From: Clostridia bacterium
Lineage (GTDB): Bacteria > Bacillota > Clostridia > CAKSNL01 > HGM11501
Assembly: GCA_045123995.1 (NCBI GenBank)
Contig: JBGVKY010000014.1
Location: forward strand, 201,860-265,859
DNA length: 64,000 bases
Direction of reading: 5' to 3'
Within the stretch, counting starts at the first letter, position 1. Each line of letters starts with the position of its first letter. This document shows positions 37,824 to 47,154 of this stretch, one piece after another. The translations under genes were made by a program, and so were the position numbers. The notes beneath the pieces were generated by a model, which was given only the letters and a program-made list of their open reading frames with translations, did not search any database and had not been told where the DNA came from.

Positions 37824-38846
37824 TTGTCAGAAACACTTAAGATTCTGTTATCATTTGCCATATCCTTTGTTATAGCCTTTGCGGTAACTCCCTTAGTAAA
37901 AAAACTGGCTGTTAAAATCGGGGCTATTGATGTTCCTGATGAAGAGAGAAGAGTCCATAAAAAACCTACTCCTTTAATAGGAGGACTTGCAATTTTCTTC
38001 GGTTTTTTGGTATCAACCTTTACGTTTTCAACAATCGATAAGGAGATTGTTGGAATTTTAATGGGTTCGGTTATAATTGTTATACTCGGAATATTTGATG
38101 ATAAATACAACCTGCCTGCGAAGTTTAAGCTTATAGTACAGATAATTGCAGCTTCCATTCCTGTTTTTATGGGGGTAAGGATTGAAAGAATAATACTTCC
38201 TTTTTTGGAAAGCAACGGCTTTGAATTCGGATGGCTTTCTTATCCCTTAACGATTATATGGATTGTAGCTCTTACAAATGCAGTTAATTTAATTGACGGA
38301 CTTGACGGTCTTGCGGCAGGGGTTTCATCTATTGCATCTTTATCTATATTCTGTGTGGCACTGATGCAGGGAGATTTTGTAAGTGCTATATTAACGGCAG
38401 CCTTGGTGGGAGCCTGCTTTGGCTTTTTACCCTATAATTTCAATCCCGCTTCTGTTTTTATGGGAGATACGGGTTCAACATTTTTAGGATTTGTGATGGC
38501 GACGATTTCCGTTATGGGATTATTTAAAATCCATGCTATAATTTCCTTTGCAGTACCTTTTATCGCATTCGGTATTCCGATTTTTGATACAAGCTTTGCA
38601 ATATTCAGAAGAATAAAAGAGGGAAGACCCATTATGTCTCCTGACAGAGGGCATCTTCATCACAGACTTATAGACAGAGGTTTTTCTGTGAAGCAGTCGG
38701 TTTTGATTATTTATGCTATATGTATACTTTTGGGCATAATAGCCTTTATGTCCTTCAAGTCCAAAATCTGGACTTTGATTATTGCCGTTATAGGCATTAT
38801 AGGAGCTCTCATTTTCCGTTATTGGGGAAGAGTAGGGAAAAAATAA
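37824..38846 (+). CDS. tagO: Undecaprenyl-phosphate N-acetylhexosamine-1-phosphate transferase (GT4 MraY/WecA/TagO family)
   Basis: TNAVNLIDGLDGLAAG, FMGDTGSTFLGF and DRGHLHHRL. TTG start at 37824 after a GGGGGA RBS. Confidence 0.85.
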   Translation: MSETLKILLSFAISFVIAFAVTPLVKKLAVKIGAIDVPDEERRVHKKPTPLIGGLAIFFGFLVSTFTFSTIDKEIVGILMGSVIIVILGIFDDKYNLPAKFKLIVQIIAASIPVFMGVRIERIILPFLESNGFEFGWLSYPLTIIWIVALTNAVNLIDGLDGLAAGVSSIASLSIFCVALMQGDFVSAILTAALVGACFGFLPYNFNPASVFMGDTGSTFLGFVMATISVMGLFKIHAIISFAVPFIAFGIPIFDTSFAIFRRIKEGRPIMSPDRGHLHHRLIDRGFSVKQSVLIIYAICILLGIIAFMSFKSKIWTLIIAVIGIIGALIFRYWGRVGKK

Positions 38847-38877
38847 AAATAAGGTTGCGAAAGCAACCTTATTTTTG
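38847..38877 (+). terminator. Intrinsic terminator after tagO
   Basis: AATAAGGTTGC (38848-58) / GCAACCTTATT (38863-73) with loop GAAA, followed by TTTT. Confidence 0.65.
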
Positions 38878-38890
38878 AAAGGAATTAAAA

Positions 38891-39604
38891 ATGGACAAAT
38901 TAGGATTGATGATAACTTTATCCAAGTATATTGTTTTCTTAAGCGGAAAAGGTGTTACGGATGAAGTTCTGGATAAAGAGCCTTCAAAATTTGAAGGAAA
39001 TCCCGGAGAAATACTCACCGGAAGCTATTTTGATAAAGATACAGAAAAGTTTTACGACTTTTACAGAAAAAATATTTTATGTCTTGACCTCATGCCGGGA
39101 AAAGCTCACGAAAAGCTAAAGGAAATGGAAGACAAGGGGAAGCTTAAAGCTATAATAACAAGCAATACTGATTCTCTGCTTGGGATGGCAGGATGTAAAA
39201 ATGTCTTAGAGCTTCACGGAAGCATACATAAAAACTGTTGTATTAAATGTGGCAAAGAATATGATGGAAAATTTATAAGAAAATCAGCGGGTGTTCCTTT
39301 TTGCGATTGCGGAGGGAAAATAAAACCGGGTATTGTTTTATACGATGAAGCTCTGGATGAAAAAGTTGGGAAAGAGGCAATAGAGCATATTTCAAAAGCA
39401 GACCTCTTAATTGTTGCAGGATGCTCGTTAATGTCCTACCCGGCATCAGCTCTTTTAAGATATTTCCACGGACAGTATCTGGCACTTATAAACAAGGAGG
39501 AAACGGCGGTTGACCGTCTGGCGAACTTCGTATCTCACGAAAAAATATCGGATGTAATGGAAAAATTGGAAATTCATACGGAAAAAATAGACAAAAATGA
39601 ATGA
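38891..39604 (+). CDS. Sir2-family NAD-dependent protein deacylase (divergent N-terminal motif)
   Basis: ITSNTDSL (TQNID-like), ELHGS catalytic His, and Zn ribbon CIKCG..CDCGG. The GAGxS motif reads GKGVT and the usual FR reads FE. Confidence 0.7.
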   Translation: MDKLGLMITLSKYIVFLSGKGVTDEVLDKEPSKFEGNPGEILTGSYFDKDTEKFYDFYRKNILCLDLMPGKAHEKLKEMEDKGKLKAIITSNTDSLLGMAGCKNVLELHGSIHKNCCIKCGKEYDGKFIRKSAGVPFCDCGGKIKPGIVLYDEALDEKVGKEAIEHISKADLLIVAGCSLMSYPASALLRYFHGQYLALINKEETAVDRLANFVSHEKISDVMEKLEIHTEKIDKNE

Positions 39605-39636
39605 ATATGCATAAACAAACTGTTAAAATGCATAAA
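39596..39636 (+). promoter_or_regulatory. Candidate tandem ARG boxes (ArgR/AhrC operator)
   Basis: AATGAATGAATATGCATA (39596-613) has 2 mismatches to wnTGAATwwwwATTCAnw. A second half-site containing ATGCATAAA lies exactly 21 bp downstream (39628-36). A third ATGCAAAAT at 39691 overlaps the transcription start region. Confidence 0.45.
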
Positions 39637-39660
39637 ATCGAGAAAATATTCAAAAAAACC

Positions 39661-39689
39661 TTGCATGTTTCCGTGGAAGATGTTATAAT
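39661..39689 (+). promoter_or_regulatory. Sigma-A promoter of argCJBD
   Basis: TTGCAT (39661-66), 17-nt spacer, TGtTATAAT extended -10 (39681-89). Confidence 0.55.
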
Positions 39690-39719
39690 TATGCAAAATG
39701 ATAAGATGCGGTGATATTT

Positions 39720-40658
39720 ATGAACAACAAGATAAAAGTATTTATAGACGGTTCGGCAGGGACAACGGGACTCAGGATTCATGATAGACTCGGTAAAAGA
39801 GAGGATATAACCTTAATAACACTGCCAGAAGAAAAAAGGAAAGATGCCGGTGCAAGGTGCGAAGCTATAAATAAAAGTGATGTTACTTTTCTCTGTCTTC
39901 CTGATGATGCGGCAAGAGAAGCGGTTGCCATGGCTGGGGAAAAGGTGGTAATCATAGATACCTCAACTGCCCACAGAACGGATGAAGCTTTTGCCTACGG
40001 TTTTCCAGAACTTTCAGAAGAACATAGGGAAAAAATAAAAAACTCGAAAAGAATTGCGGTTCCCGGATGTCATGCAGGGGGATTCATAGCTCTCATTTAC
40101 CCGCTTATTGAAGCAGGCTTTCTTAAAAAGGATATAAATCTTACCTGCCACTCCGTAACGGGATATTCCGGTGGCGGAAAAAAGATGATTGCGGAATACG
40201 AAGAGTCTGAAAATCCTTTACTTAAAGCCCCCAGACAGTACGGACTTTCTCAGACGCACAAGCACTTAAAAGAAATGAAAGCTATAACGGGAATTTCTGA
40301 ATTTCCCATATTCTGTCCAATCGTTTCCTCTTTTTATAGCGGAATGGAAGTGACGGTTCCTATTTTTGGAAAAGATCTTCAAAAAGGCGGAATAGAAGAT
40401 ATAAGGAAGTTATATCGGGAAAAATATAATGGTAAAATGGTTTCCTACGAGGAATGTGATGAGGGCGGATTTTTATCTGCTGCGGCATATTCTGGAAAGG
40501 ATTTTATGAGAATTTCTGTTTACGGAAATGATGAGAGAATTATTTTAGTTGCAAGATATGACAATTTAGGAAAGGGAGCATCCGGAGCGGCTATTGAATG
40601 TATGAATATAGCCTTAGGTAAGGAAGATACTTTATCTCTGGATGTATGGGAGGATTAA
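39720..40658 (+). CDS. argC: N-acetyl-gamma-glutamyl-phosphate reductase (short type)
   Basis: KVFIDGSAGTTGLRI, VPGCHAGGFI (active-site Cys) and DNLGKGASGAA. ATG at 39720. Confidence 0.9.
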   Translation: MNNKIKVFIDGSAGTTGLRIHDRLGKREDITLITLPEEKRKDAGARCEAINKSDVTFLCLPDDAAREAVAMAGEKVVIIDTSTAHRTDEAFAYGFPELSEEHREKIKNSKRIAVPGCHAGGFIALIYPLIEAGFLKKDINLTCHSVTGYSGGGKKMIAEYEESENPLLKAPRQYGLSQTHKHLKEMKAITGISEFPIFCPIVSSFYSGMEVTVPIFGKDLQKGGIEDIRKLYREKYNGKMVSYEECDEGGFLSAAAYSGKDFMRISVYGNDERIILVARYDNLGKGASGAAIECMNIALGKEDTLSLDVWED

Positions 40659-40659
40659 A

Positions 40660-41880
40660 ATGAGCGAAATTAAGATAATTGAAGGAAGTGTGTGTGCCCC
40701 CAAAGGCTTTAAAGCATCGGGAGTTCATTGCGGAATAAGAAAGAACAGAACAAAAAAAGATTTAGCTCTTATATTAAGTGAAAAGAGGGCAGCTGCTGCG
40801 GCTGTTTATACAACAAATCTTGTAAAGGGAGCTCCCCTTAAGGTTACCAAAAGCCATCTCGAAGATGGATATGCCATCTGTGCCATATGCAACAGCGGAA
40901 ATGCCAATACCTGTAATGCAGACGGAATTGAAATTGCAGAAAAAACTTGTGAACTTTTGGCAAATGAGCTTAATATTGACAAAAATGACGTAATCGTTGC
41001 ATCCACCGGTGTAATAGGTCAGAAGCTGGATATCAATCCTATTAAAAAGGGTATACCAAGCCTTTGTTCCGCCCTTACGGATAATGCAGAAGATGCAGCA
41101 GAGGGAATTATGACAACGGATACCGTTAAGAAAGAAATTGCAGTAAGCTTTGAAATAGGGGGAGTCACCTGTAAGATGGGCGGAATAGCTAAGGGCTCAG
41201 GTATGATTCATCCCAACATGGCAACCATGCTGGTTTTTATAACTACTGACGTTTCTATAAGTCCTGAAATGCTTAAAAAAGCTTTGTCAGGCGACATAAA
41301 AAACACCTTTAATATGCTTAGTATTGACGGAGATACCTCTACAAATGATATGGTTTCCGTAATGGCTAACGGCATGGCCGGAAATAAAGAAATAACAAAA
41401 GAGGGCGAGGATTTTGACACATTTATGAAAGCCCTTAACACTATAAACGTTCATCTTTGCAGAATGATAGCGGGAGACGGTGAGGGGGCAACAAAGCTTT
41501 TGCAGTGTATTGTAAGCGGAGCAAAAAATGAGGAAATTGCAAAAACCGCTGCTAAAAGTGTGGTTTGTTCATCTCTTACTAAGGCGGCTATGTTCGGAGC
41601 AGATGCCAACTGGGGTAGAGTTCTCTGTGCACTGGGATACAGCGGTGCCGATATTGACGTAGATAAAGTTGATGTTTATTTTTCGTCACCCAAAGGTAAA
41701 ATTTTAGTATGTAAAGACGGAGCGGGCGTAGATTTTTCTGAAGAAAAAGCCAAGGAAATTCTTCTGGAGAAAGAAATTGATATTTTAGTTGACTTAAATG
41801 ACGGATGTGCAGATTCTGTTGCCTGGGGTTGTGACCTTACATATGAATATGTCAAGATAAACGGAGATTACAGAACCTGA
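40660..41880 (+). CDS. argJ: Bifunctional glutamate N-acetyltransferase / amino-acid acetyltransferase
   Basis: GFKASGVHCGI, GMIHPNMATMLVFITTD (autoprocessing ATML site) and WGCDLTYEYVKINGDYRT. ATG at 40660 after a GGGAGGA RBS. Confidence 0.92.
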   Translation: MSEIKIIEGSVCAPKGFKASGVHCGIRKNRTKKDLALILSEKRAAAAAVYTTNLVKGAPLKVTKSHLEDGYAICAICNSGNANTCNADGIEIAEKTCELLANELNIDKNDVIVASTGVIGQKLDINPIKKGIPSLCSALTDNAEDAAEGIMTTDTVKKEIAVSFEIGGVTCKMGGIAKGSGMIHPNMATMLVFITTDVSISPEMLKKALSGDIKNTFNMLSIDGDTSTNDMVSVMANGMAGNKEITKEGEDFDTFMKALNTINVHLCRMIAGDGEGATKLLQCIVSGAKNEEIAKTAAKSVVCSSLTKAAMFGADANWGRVLCALGYSGADIDVDKVDVYFSSPKGKILVCKDGAGVDFSEEKAKEILLEKEIDILVDLNDGCADSVAWGCDLTYEYVKINGDYRT

Positions 41881-41894
41881 TTGGAGGATTAAAA

Positions 41895-42773
41895 ATGGAG
41901 CTTAAAGTTACAAATGCTCAGAGAGCTGAAATATTAACTCAGGCACTTCCTTATATACAACAGTATTACAACAAGATTGTGGTTGTTAAATATGGCGGAA
42001 ACGCCATGATAAATGACGAGCTTAAAGAACAGGTTATGGAAGATATCGTGCTTCTTTCCTTAATTGGAGTAAAGGTCGTTTTAGTTCATGGCGGTGGGCC
42101 TGAAATCAGCGATATGCTGAAAAAGATAGGTAAAGAGTCGGTTTTTGTAGACGGACTCAGAGTAACAGACAAAGAAACCGTTGATGTTGTAGAGATGGTT
42201 CTGGCAGGAAAGATAAATAAAGGCCTTGTAAGCTTAATTGAGCAAAAGGGCGGAAAAGCCATGGGTATATCAGGAATAGACGGACACATGATAGAAGCTA
42301 CAATGAAAGACGAAAAATATGGTTATGTGGGTAGAATAACAAAGGTTAATACGGAGCCGGTTTCTGATCTTCTTGAAAAAGGATATATTCCCATTGTTTC
42401 TACGGTGGGCTGTGACCTTTCAGGAAATACATATAACATAAATGCAGATACAGCGGCAGCCTTTATTGCAGGAGCTCTTAAAGCAGAAAGACTTATTTCC
42501 ATGACAGATATAACAGGAGTTTTAAGGGATAAAAATGACCCCGATTCGGTTATTCACTGCATGGATATAGCTGAGGCTAAAAAGCTCTCAGAGGAAGGTA
42601 TAATCTGCGGAGGAATGATTCCTAAAGTTGAGTGCTGTATAGATGCTATAAACATGGGCGTTGAGCGTGTAACGATTCTGGACGGAAGAGTGCCCCATGC
42701 ACTTTTGGTTGAAACTCTCACCGATGAGGGTGCAGGAACAATGGTTATTAAAGATAAGGGTGAAAATAAATGA
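41895..42773 (+). CDS. argB: Acetylglutamate kinase
   Basis: VVKYGGNAM, VLVHGGGPEI and NINADTAA motifs. Confidence 0.95.
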   Translation: MELKVTNAQRAEILTQALPYIQQYYNKIVVVKYGGNAMINDELKEQVMEDIVLLSLIGVKVVLVHGGGPEISDMLKKIGKESVFVDGLRVTDKETVDVVEMVLAGKINKGLVSLIEQKGGKAMGISGIDGHMIEATMKDEKYGYVGRITKVNTEPVSDLLEKGYIPIVSTVGCDLSGNTYNINADTAAAFIAGALKAERLISMTDITGVLRDKNDPDSVIHCMDIAEAKKLSEEGIICGGMIPKVECCIDAINMGVERVTILDGRVPHALLVETLTDEGAGTMVIKDKGENK

Positions 42774-43924
42774 ATATAAAAGACCTTGACGAAAAATATG
42801 TATCAAATACCTATGCCCGCTTTCCTCTTGCGATAGTAAAGGGAAAAGGAGCCATAGCTATTGATGAAGACGGCAGAGAGTACATTGATTTAGGCAGCGG
42901 AATTGCAGTTAATTCCTTTGGCTATTCTGATGACGAATGGAAAAAGGCGGTAAATGAACAGATAGATAAAATTTCACATACATCAAATCTTTATTATACA
43001 GAGCCCTGCGCGGTTCTTGCAAAAATGCTTTGCGAAAAAACAGGAGCATCAAAAGTATTTTTTGGCAATTCAGGAGCTGAAGCTAATGAATGTGCCATTA
43101 AAATAGCCAGAAAATATAAAGAGGATCAGGGAAAAGGCAATGCCAAGATAGTAACATTAAAAAACAGTTTTCACGGCAGAACCCTGGCTACCTTGGCGGC
43201 AACAGGACAGGAAGTTTTTCATAAATCATTCTTGCCTTTACCGGAAGGCTTTTTGCATATTGAACCCGGTGATTTGGATACAGCCAGAAAGCTTTCTGAA
43301 GAAGAAAATATTGCCGCATTCATGATTGAAATCGTCCAGGGAGAGGGCGGAGTTATGCCCCTTTCTGAGGATTTTGTTAAAGGACTTTCAAAAATTGCCA
43401 AGGAAAAAGATATTCTTTTAATTTGCGACGAAGTTCAGACAGGAAACGGCAGATGCGGAAAAATGTACGCCTATATGAACTACGGGATAGAGCCTGACGT
43501 GGTTACAACCGCAAAGGGTCTTGCAGGCGGTCTTCCGTTAGGAGCCTGCATTATGTTTGAAAAGACAGAAAATGTCCTTAAATCAGGAGATCACGGATCT
43601 ACATTTGGTGGAAATCCCATTGCATCGGCAGGAGCAATTTCCGTGGTTACAAGACTCACCGATGAATTTTTGGAAGAAGTAAAAGAAAAGTCAGATTATA
43701 TATTTAATTCCTTAAGGGAAGCAAAGGGAGTAAAGAGCGTTTCGGGAATGGGACTCATGATAGGAATTGAAACCGAAAAAGAGGCATCGGAGGTTATAGC
43801 ACTTGCAAGGGATAAGGGTGTTCTGGTAATCAAGGCTAAAAATAAAGTAAGGTTATTACCTCCTCTTAACATAAAAATGTCGGAACTTAAAAAGGCGATA
43901 GATATATTAAAAGAGTGTTTTTAA
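42770..43924 (+). CDS. argD: Acetylornithine aminotransferase
   Basis: Class-III aminotransferase: FGNSGAEANE, LICDEVQTGNGRCGK and VTTAKGLAGG (PLP Lys). ATGA overlap with argB. Confidence 0.9.
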   Translation: MNIKDLDEKYVSNTYARFPLAIVKGKGAIAIDEDGREYIDLGSGIAVNSFGYSDDEWKKAVNEQIDKISHTSNLYYTEPCAVLAKMLCEKTGASKVFFGNSGAEANECAIKIARKYKEDQGKGNAKIVTLKNSFHGRTLATLAATGQEVFHKSFLPLPEGFLHIEPGDLDTARKLSEEENIAAFMIEIVQGEGGVMPLSEDFVKGLSKIAKEKDILLICDEVQTGNGRCGKMYAYMNYGIEPDVVTTAKGLAGGLPLGACIMFEKTENVLKSGDHGSTFGGNPIASAGAISVVTRLTDEFLEEVKEKSDYIFNSLREAKGVKSVSGMGLMIGIETEKEASEVIALARDKGVLVIKAKNKVRLLPPLNIKMSELKKAIDILKECF

Positions 43925-43937
43925 CACTCTTTTTTTG
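43909..43937 (+). terminator. Intrinsic terminator after argD
   Basis: AAAAGAGTGTT (43909-19) / AACACTCTTTT (43923-33), followed by TTTG. The stem includes the stop codon. Confidence 0.55.
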
Positions 43938-44024
43938 ATTTTTTTTTGACTTGCTTTTAATATGCTTATATGTTATTATAAAGGAGGAATTAGACAGTAT
44001 TATATTTTAATGGAGGGGATAAAA

Positions 44025-47000
44025 ATGCTTTATAAGAAAAATATAGCAAAAGACCTTTCGAAAGAACTTTTTAAAAACCCTACCGCCGAATACAGAGGAA
44101 CTCCTTTCTGGTCATGGAACTGTGAACTGGACGAAGGCGTTCTGGGAAGACAGATTGATGCTCTTTCTGATATGGGATTCGGCGGTTTTCATATGCATCC
44201 GCGTTCCGGTATGTCCCTTGAATATTTAAGTGATGACTTTATGAACCGCATTAAATTCTGCGTGGATAAGGCAAAAGATAAGAATATGCTGGCATGGCTC
44301 TATGACGAGGACAGATGGCCTTCGGGAGCAGCAGGCGGACTTGTTACAAGAGATAAGAAACTGCGTGCGAAATATATAGTTTTTCATGCACAGGATGCTA
44401 TTAAGGATGATGTTTCAAGAGAAGAAGCAACCCGTGACGGAAAGGTATATTTTGCAGTATGCTATGACGTTATTTTAGATGAAGACGGATGTCTTTTATC
44501 TGCAGAACGAGTAGAAAGAGATGCCGAGCCCAAGGGGCAGAAATGGTATGGATATGTTTATACGGCACCTAATGATGCCTGGTTCAATGATGAGGCTTAT
44601 TTTGATATACTTTACGAAAATGCCGTTTCAAGATTTATAGAAATCACCTATGAAAGATATAAGGAAAAGGTAGGGGAGGAGTTCGATAAGACGATACCAT
44701 CTACTTTTGCGGATGAACCACTTTTAAGAAACAAGACGAACGATAGACTTGAAACTCCCACTTCACTCAATCAGGTTGAACTTATCTGGAGCACCAATCT
44801 TCAGGAAAAGTATAAAGAAATGTACGGTGAAAGCATTTTTGATATTCTTCCTGAGGTATTATGGAATCTTCCCGGAAATAAATATTCAGAAAAACGTCAT
44901 AGATATTATGACTTTCTGGCTAAATGTATAAATGAATCTTATTTTAAAAGATGTCAGAAGTGGTGTGAAGAAAACGGTATTGCATTTACAGGTCATATTA
45001 TGGGAGAACAAAGCTTTGAGCTTCAGACAAGGTGTGAAGCAGATGCTATGAGATCCTACCGTTCATTCGGTATTCCCGGAATTGATATACTCTGTAATGA
45101 TCAGGAAATAACCACGGCAAAACAATGTCAGTCAATAGTACATCAGGAGGGCAAGGAGGCTATGCTTTCGGAACTTTATGGTGTGACTAATTATACCTTC
45201 GATTTTCGAGGTCATAAATATCAGGGAGACTGGCTGGCAGCACTGGGTGTAAGCGTGAGAGTTCCTCACCTATCGTGGGTTTCTATGCAAGGAGAGGCAA
45301 AGAGAGATTATCCTGCTTCTATAAACTATCAGGCGCCCTGGTACAAGGAATATAAATACATAGAAGACCATTTTTCAAGAGTAAATACAGCCTTAACCCG
45401 AGGCAAGGCAGAGGTAAAGGTTGGAGTAATACATCCTATTGAAAGCTACTGGCTACTCCGAGGACCTAAGAGCCAAAGCAAAATCAAGTGCGATAACGCC
45501 GAGAAGAATTTCCAGGATATTGCAAGTTGGCTTTTGGACATTCATGCGGACTTCGATTTTATTTCAGAAAGTCTTATTCCCGAGCAGAGGAATGAAAATC
45601 CCAAAGCGGTAGGACTTATGGAATATAACGTAATTATAGTTCCTGATTGTATAACATTGAGAAGCACAACCATAGAATATCTTGAAAACTTCAAAAAGGC
45701 AGGCGGCACAGTTATCTTTATGGGGTCTTGTCCTACATATGTTGACGCAAGGGAAAGCGACGGCGTAAAGGCTCTTTTTGAAAGCTCTGTAAATATTCCT
45801 TTCTCAAAGCCTGAACTTGCTCTGGTAATGAAAGAATTCAAAACTGTTTCTATAATAAATTCAGTTGGAGTAGAAGACGAGCGTTATATTTATAACATGA
45901 GAATTGATGGGGACAATAAGTGGCTTTTTGTTGCGCACAGATATCCTCACAATCATGAAAAATGGTTCAAAAACACCGTTGGCGGATTTGCTTCCTCAGA
46001 AAAGCTTAAAATTACTGTTGACGGCACGTTTTATCCTGTTTGCTACGATACAATAACAGGTGAAATCAGGTATATTGATTTTATTCACGAAAAAGGAAAA
46101 ACCACCGTTGATTATACCATGTTCTCAAACGGAAGCCTTCTTCTTAAACTTTGTGCAAAGGACGATGAAATCCCTGAAAAAACAGAAGAACAAGGAAAGA
46201 CTTTAGTTAAGACCTATACTATAAAAGACACAGTAAGCTATAAACGTCACGAACCCAATGTACTGCTGCTTGATATGGCAGAACTTGCACTGGATGACGA
46301 AGATTACGACTTAGAAGAAGAAATTCTTAGAGGATATGGAAAGGTGAGAAATAAGTTAGGCTGGCATGCAAGCATAAATCAGCAACCTTGGGTAATTCCC
46401 AACGATCCGCCCTCACACAAGGTTAAAGTCAGGATGAAGATAAACAGTGAAATTGTTGTAAAGGACCCTGTTTTAGCATTGGAAATGGCGAATCAGTGCA
46501 AAATATACCTGAACGGAAAAAAAGTCAAAAATGAAGTAATAGGCTACTATGTTGACGAATCTATCGGCAAAGTAAAGCTTCCTCGTATAAAGAAAGGTGT
46601 AAATGAGCTTGTAGTAATAGTTCCTGTTGCTAAGCGAACAACCATTGAATATTTCTATCTGCTGGGTGAATTCAATGTGAGAGTGGAAGGTGCAAAGACT
46701 ACACTCGTGCCAAAAACAGAAAAAATAGGATTTGGAGATATATCGACTCAGGGACTTCCGTTCTACGGAGGAAACTTGGAGTATACTTTTGATGTGGACA
46801 TGAAGGAAGACGGGGACTTAAATATTCACGCATACAGGTACGAAGGAGCTCTTTTAGACGTAAAGGTAGATGATCTTGAAAATAAGAAAATTGTATTTGA
46901 ACCTTATGATGCGTATATCAAGGACTTAAAGGCGGGTCGACATAAGGTTACAATTACATTGTTTGGCAACAGAAATAATACCTTTGGAGCACTACACTGG

Positions 47001-47126
47001 CACAGTAACTATCGCCGTTGGTTCGGTCCAAATGCATGGCGTACTGCCGGTGACGAGTGGGCTTATGAATATAAATTAGAACCCACAGGAGTGCTTGTAA
47101 GTCCTGTAATCAAGATGTTTAAATAA
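44025..47126 (+). CDS. Large intracellular glycoside hydrolase-like protein (family not assigned)
   Basis: 1033 aa from the ATG at 44025 (GGAGGGGA RBS). N-terminal YRGTPFWSWNCELDE...GFGGFHMHPRSG is a motif I associate with TIM-barrel glycosidases that carry a C-terminal jelly-roll. No signal peptide. Confidence 0.55.
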   Translation: MLYKKNIAKDLSKELFKNPTAEYRGTPFWSWNCELDEGVLGRQIDALSDMGFGGFHMHPRSGMSLEYLSDDFMNRIKFCVDKAKDKNMLAWLYDEDRWPSGAAGGLVTRDKKLRAKYIVFHAQDAIKDDVSREEATRDGKVYFAVCYDVILDEDGCLLSAERVERDAEPKGQKWYGYVYTAPNDAWFNDEAYFDILYENAVSRFIEITYERYKEKVGEEFDKTIPSTFADEPLLRNKTNDRLETPTSLNQVELIWSTNLQEKYKEMYGESIFDILPEVLWNLPGNKYSEKRHRYYDFLAKCINESYFKRCQKWCEENGIAFTGHIMGEQSFELQTRCEADAMRSYRSFGIPGIDILCNDQEITTAKQCQSIVHQEGKEAMLSELYGVTNYTFDFRGHKYQGDWLAALGVSVRVPHLSWVSMQGEAKRDYPASINYQAPWYKEYKYIEDHFSRVNTALTRGKAEVKVGVIHPIESYWLLRGPKSQSKIKCDNAEKNFQDIASWLLDIHADFDFISESLIPEQRNENPKAVGLMEYNVIIVPDCITLRSTTIEYLENFKKAGGTVIFMGSCPTYVDARESDGVKALFESSVNIPFSKPELALVMKEFKTVSIINSVGVEDERYIYNMRIDGDNKWLFVAHRYPHNHEKWFKNTVGGFASSEKLKITVDGTFYPVCYDTITGEIRYIDFIHEKGKTTVDYTMFSNGSLLLKLCAKDDEIPEKTEEQGKTLVKTYTIKDTVSYKRHEPNVLLLDMAELALDDEDYDLEEEILRGYGKVRNKLGWHASINQQPWVIPNDPPSHKVKVRMKINSEIVVKDPVLALEMANQCKIYLNGKKVKNEVIGYYVDESIGKVKLPRIKKGVNELVVIVPVAKRTTIEYFYLLGEFNVRVEGAKTTLVPKTEKIGFGDISTQGLPFYGGNLEYTFDVDMKEDGDLNIHAYRYEGALLDVKVDDLENKKIVFEPYDAYIKDLKAGRHKVTITLFGNRNNTFGALHWHSNYRRWFGPNAWRTAGDEWAYEYKLEPTGVLVSPVIKMFK

Positions 47127-47154
47127 ATTAGATTGACGGCAGAAGGAGAAAGTT

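Noticed and set aside
38891-39604. The Sir2-family protein as a degenerate or defence-type NADase, because GAGIS reads GKGVT and FR reads FE.
   Set aside because: The key Asn/Asp (SNTD), the catalytic His (ELHG) and the Zn-ribbon cysteines are all present. It is 237 aa, stand-alone, and has no partner effector or sensor genes. It is most simply a housekeeping CobB-like deacylase.
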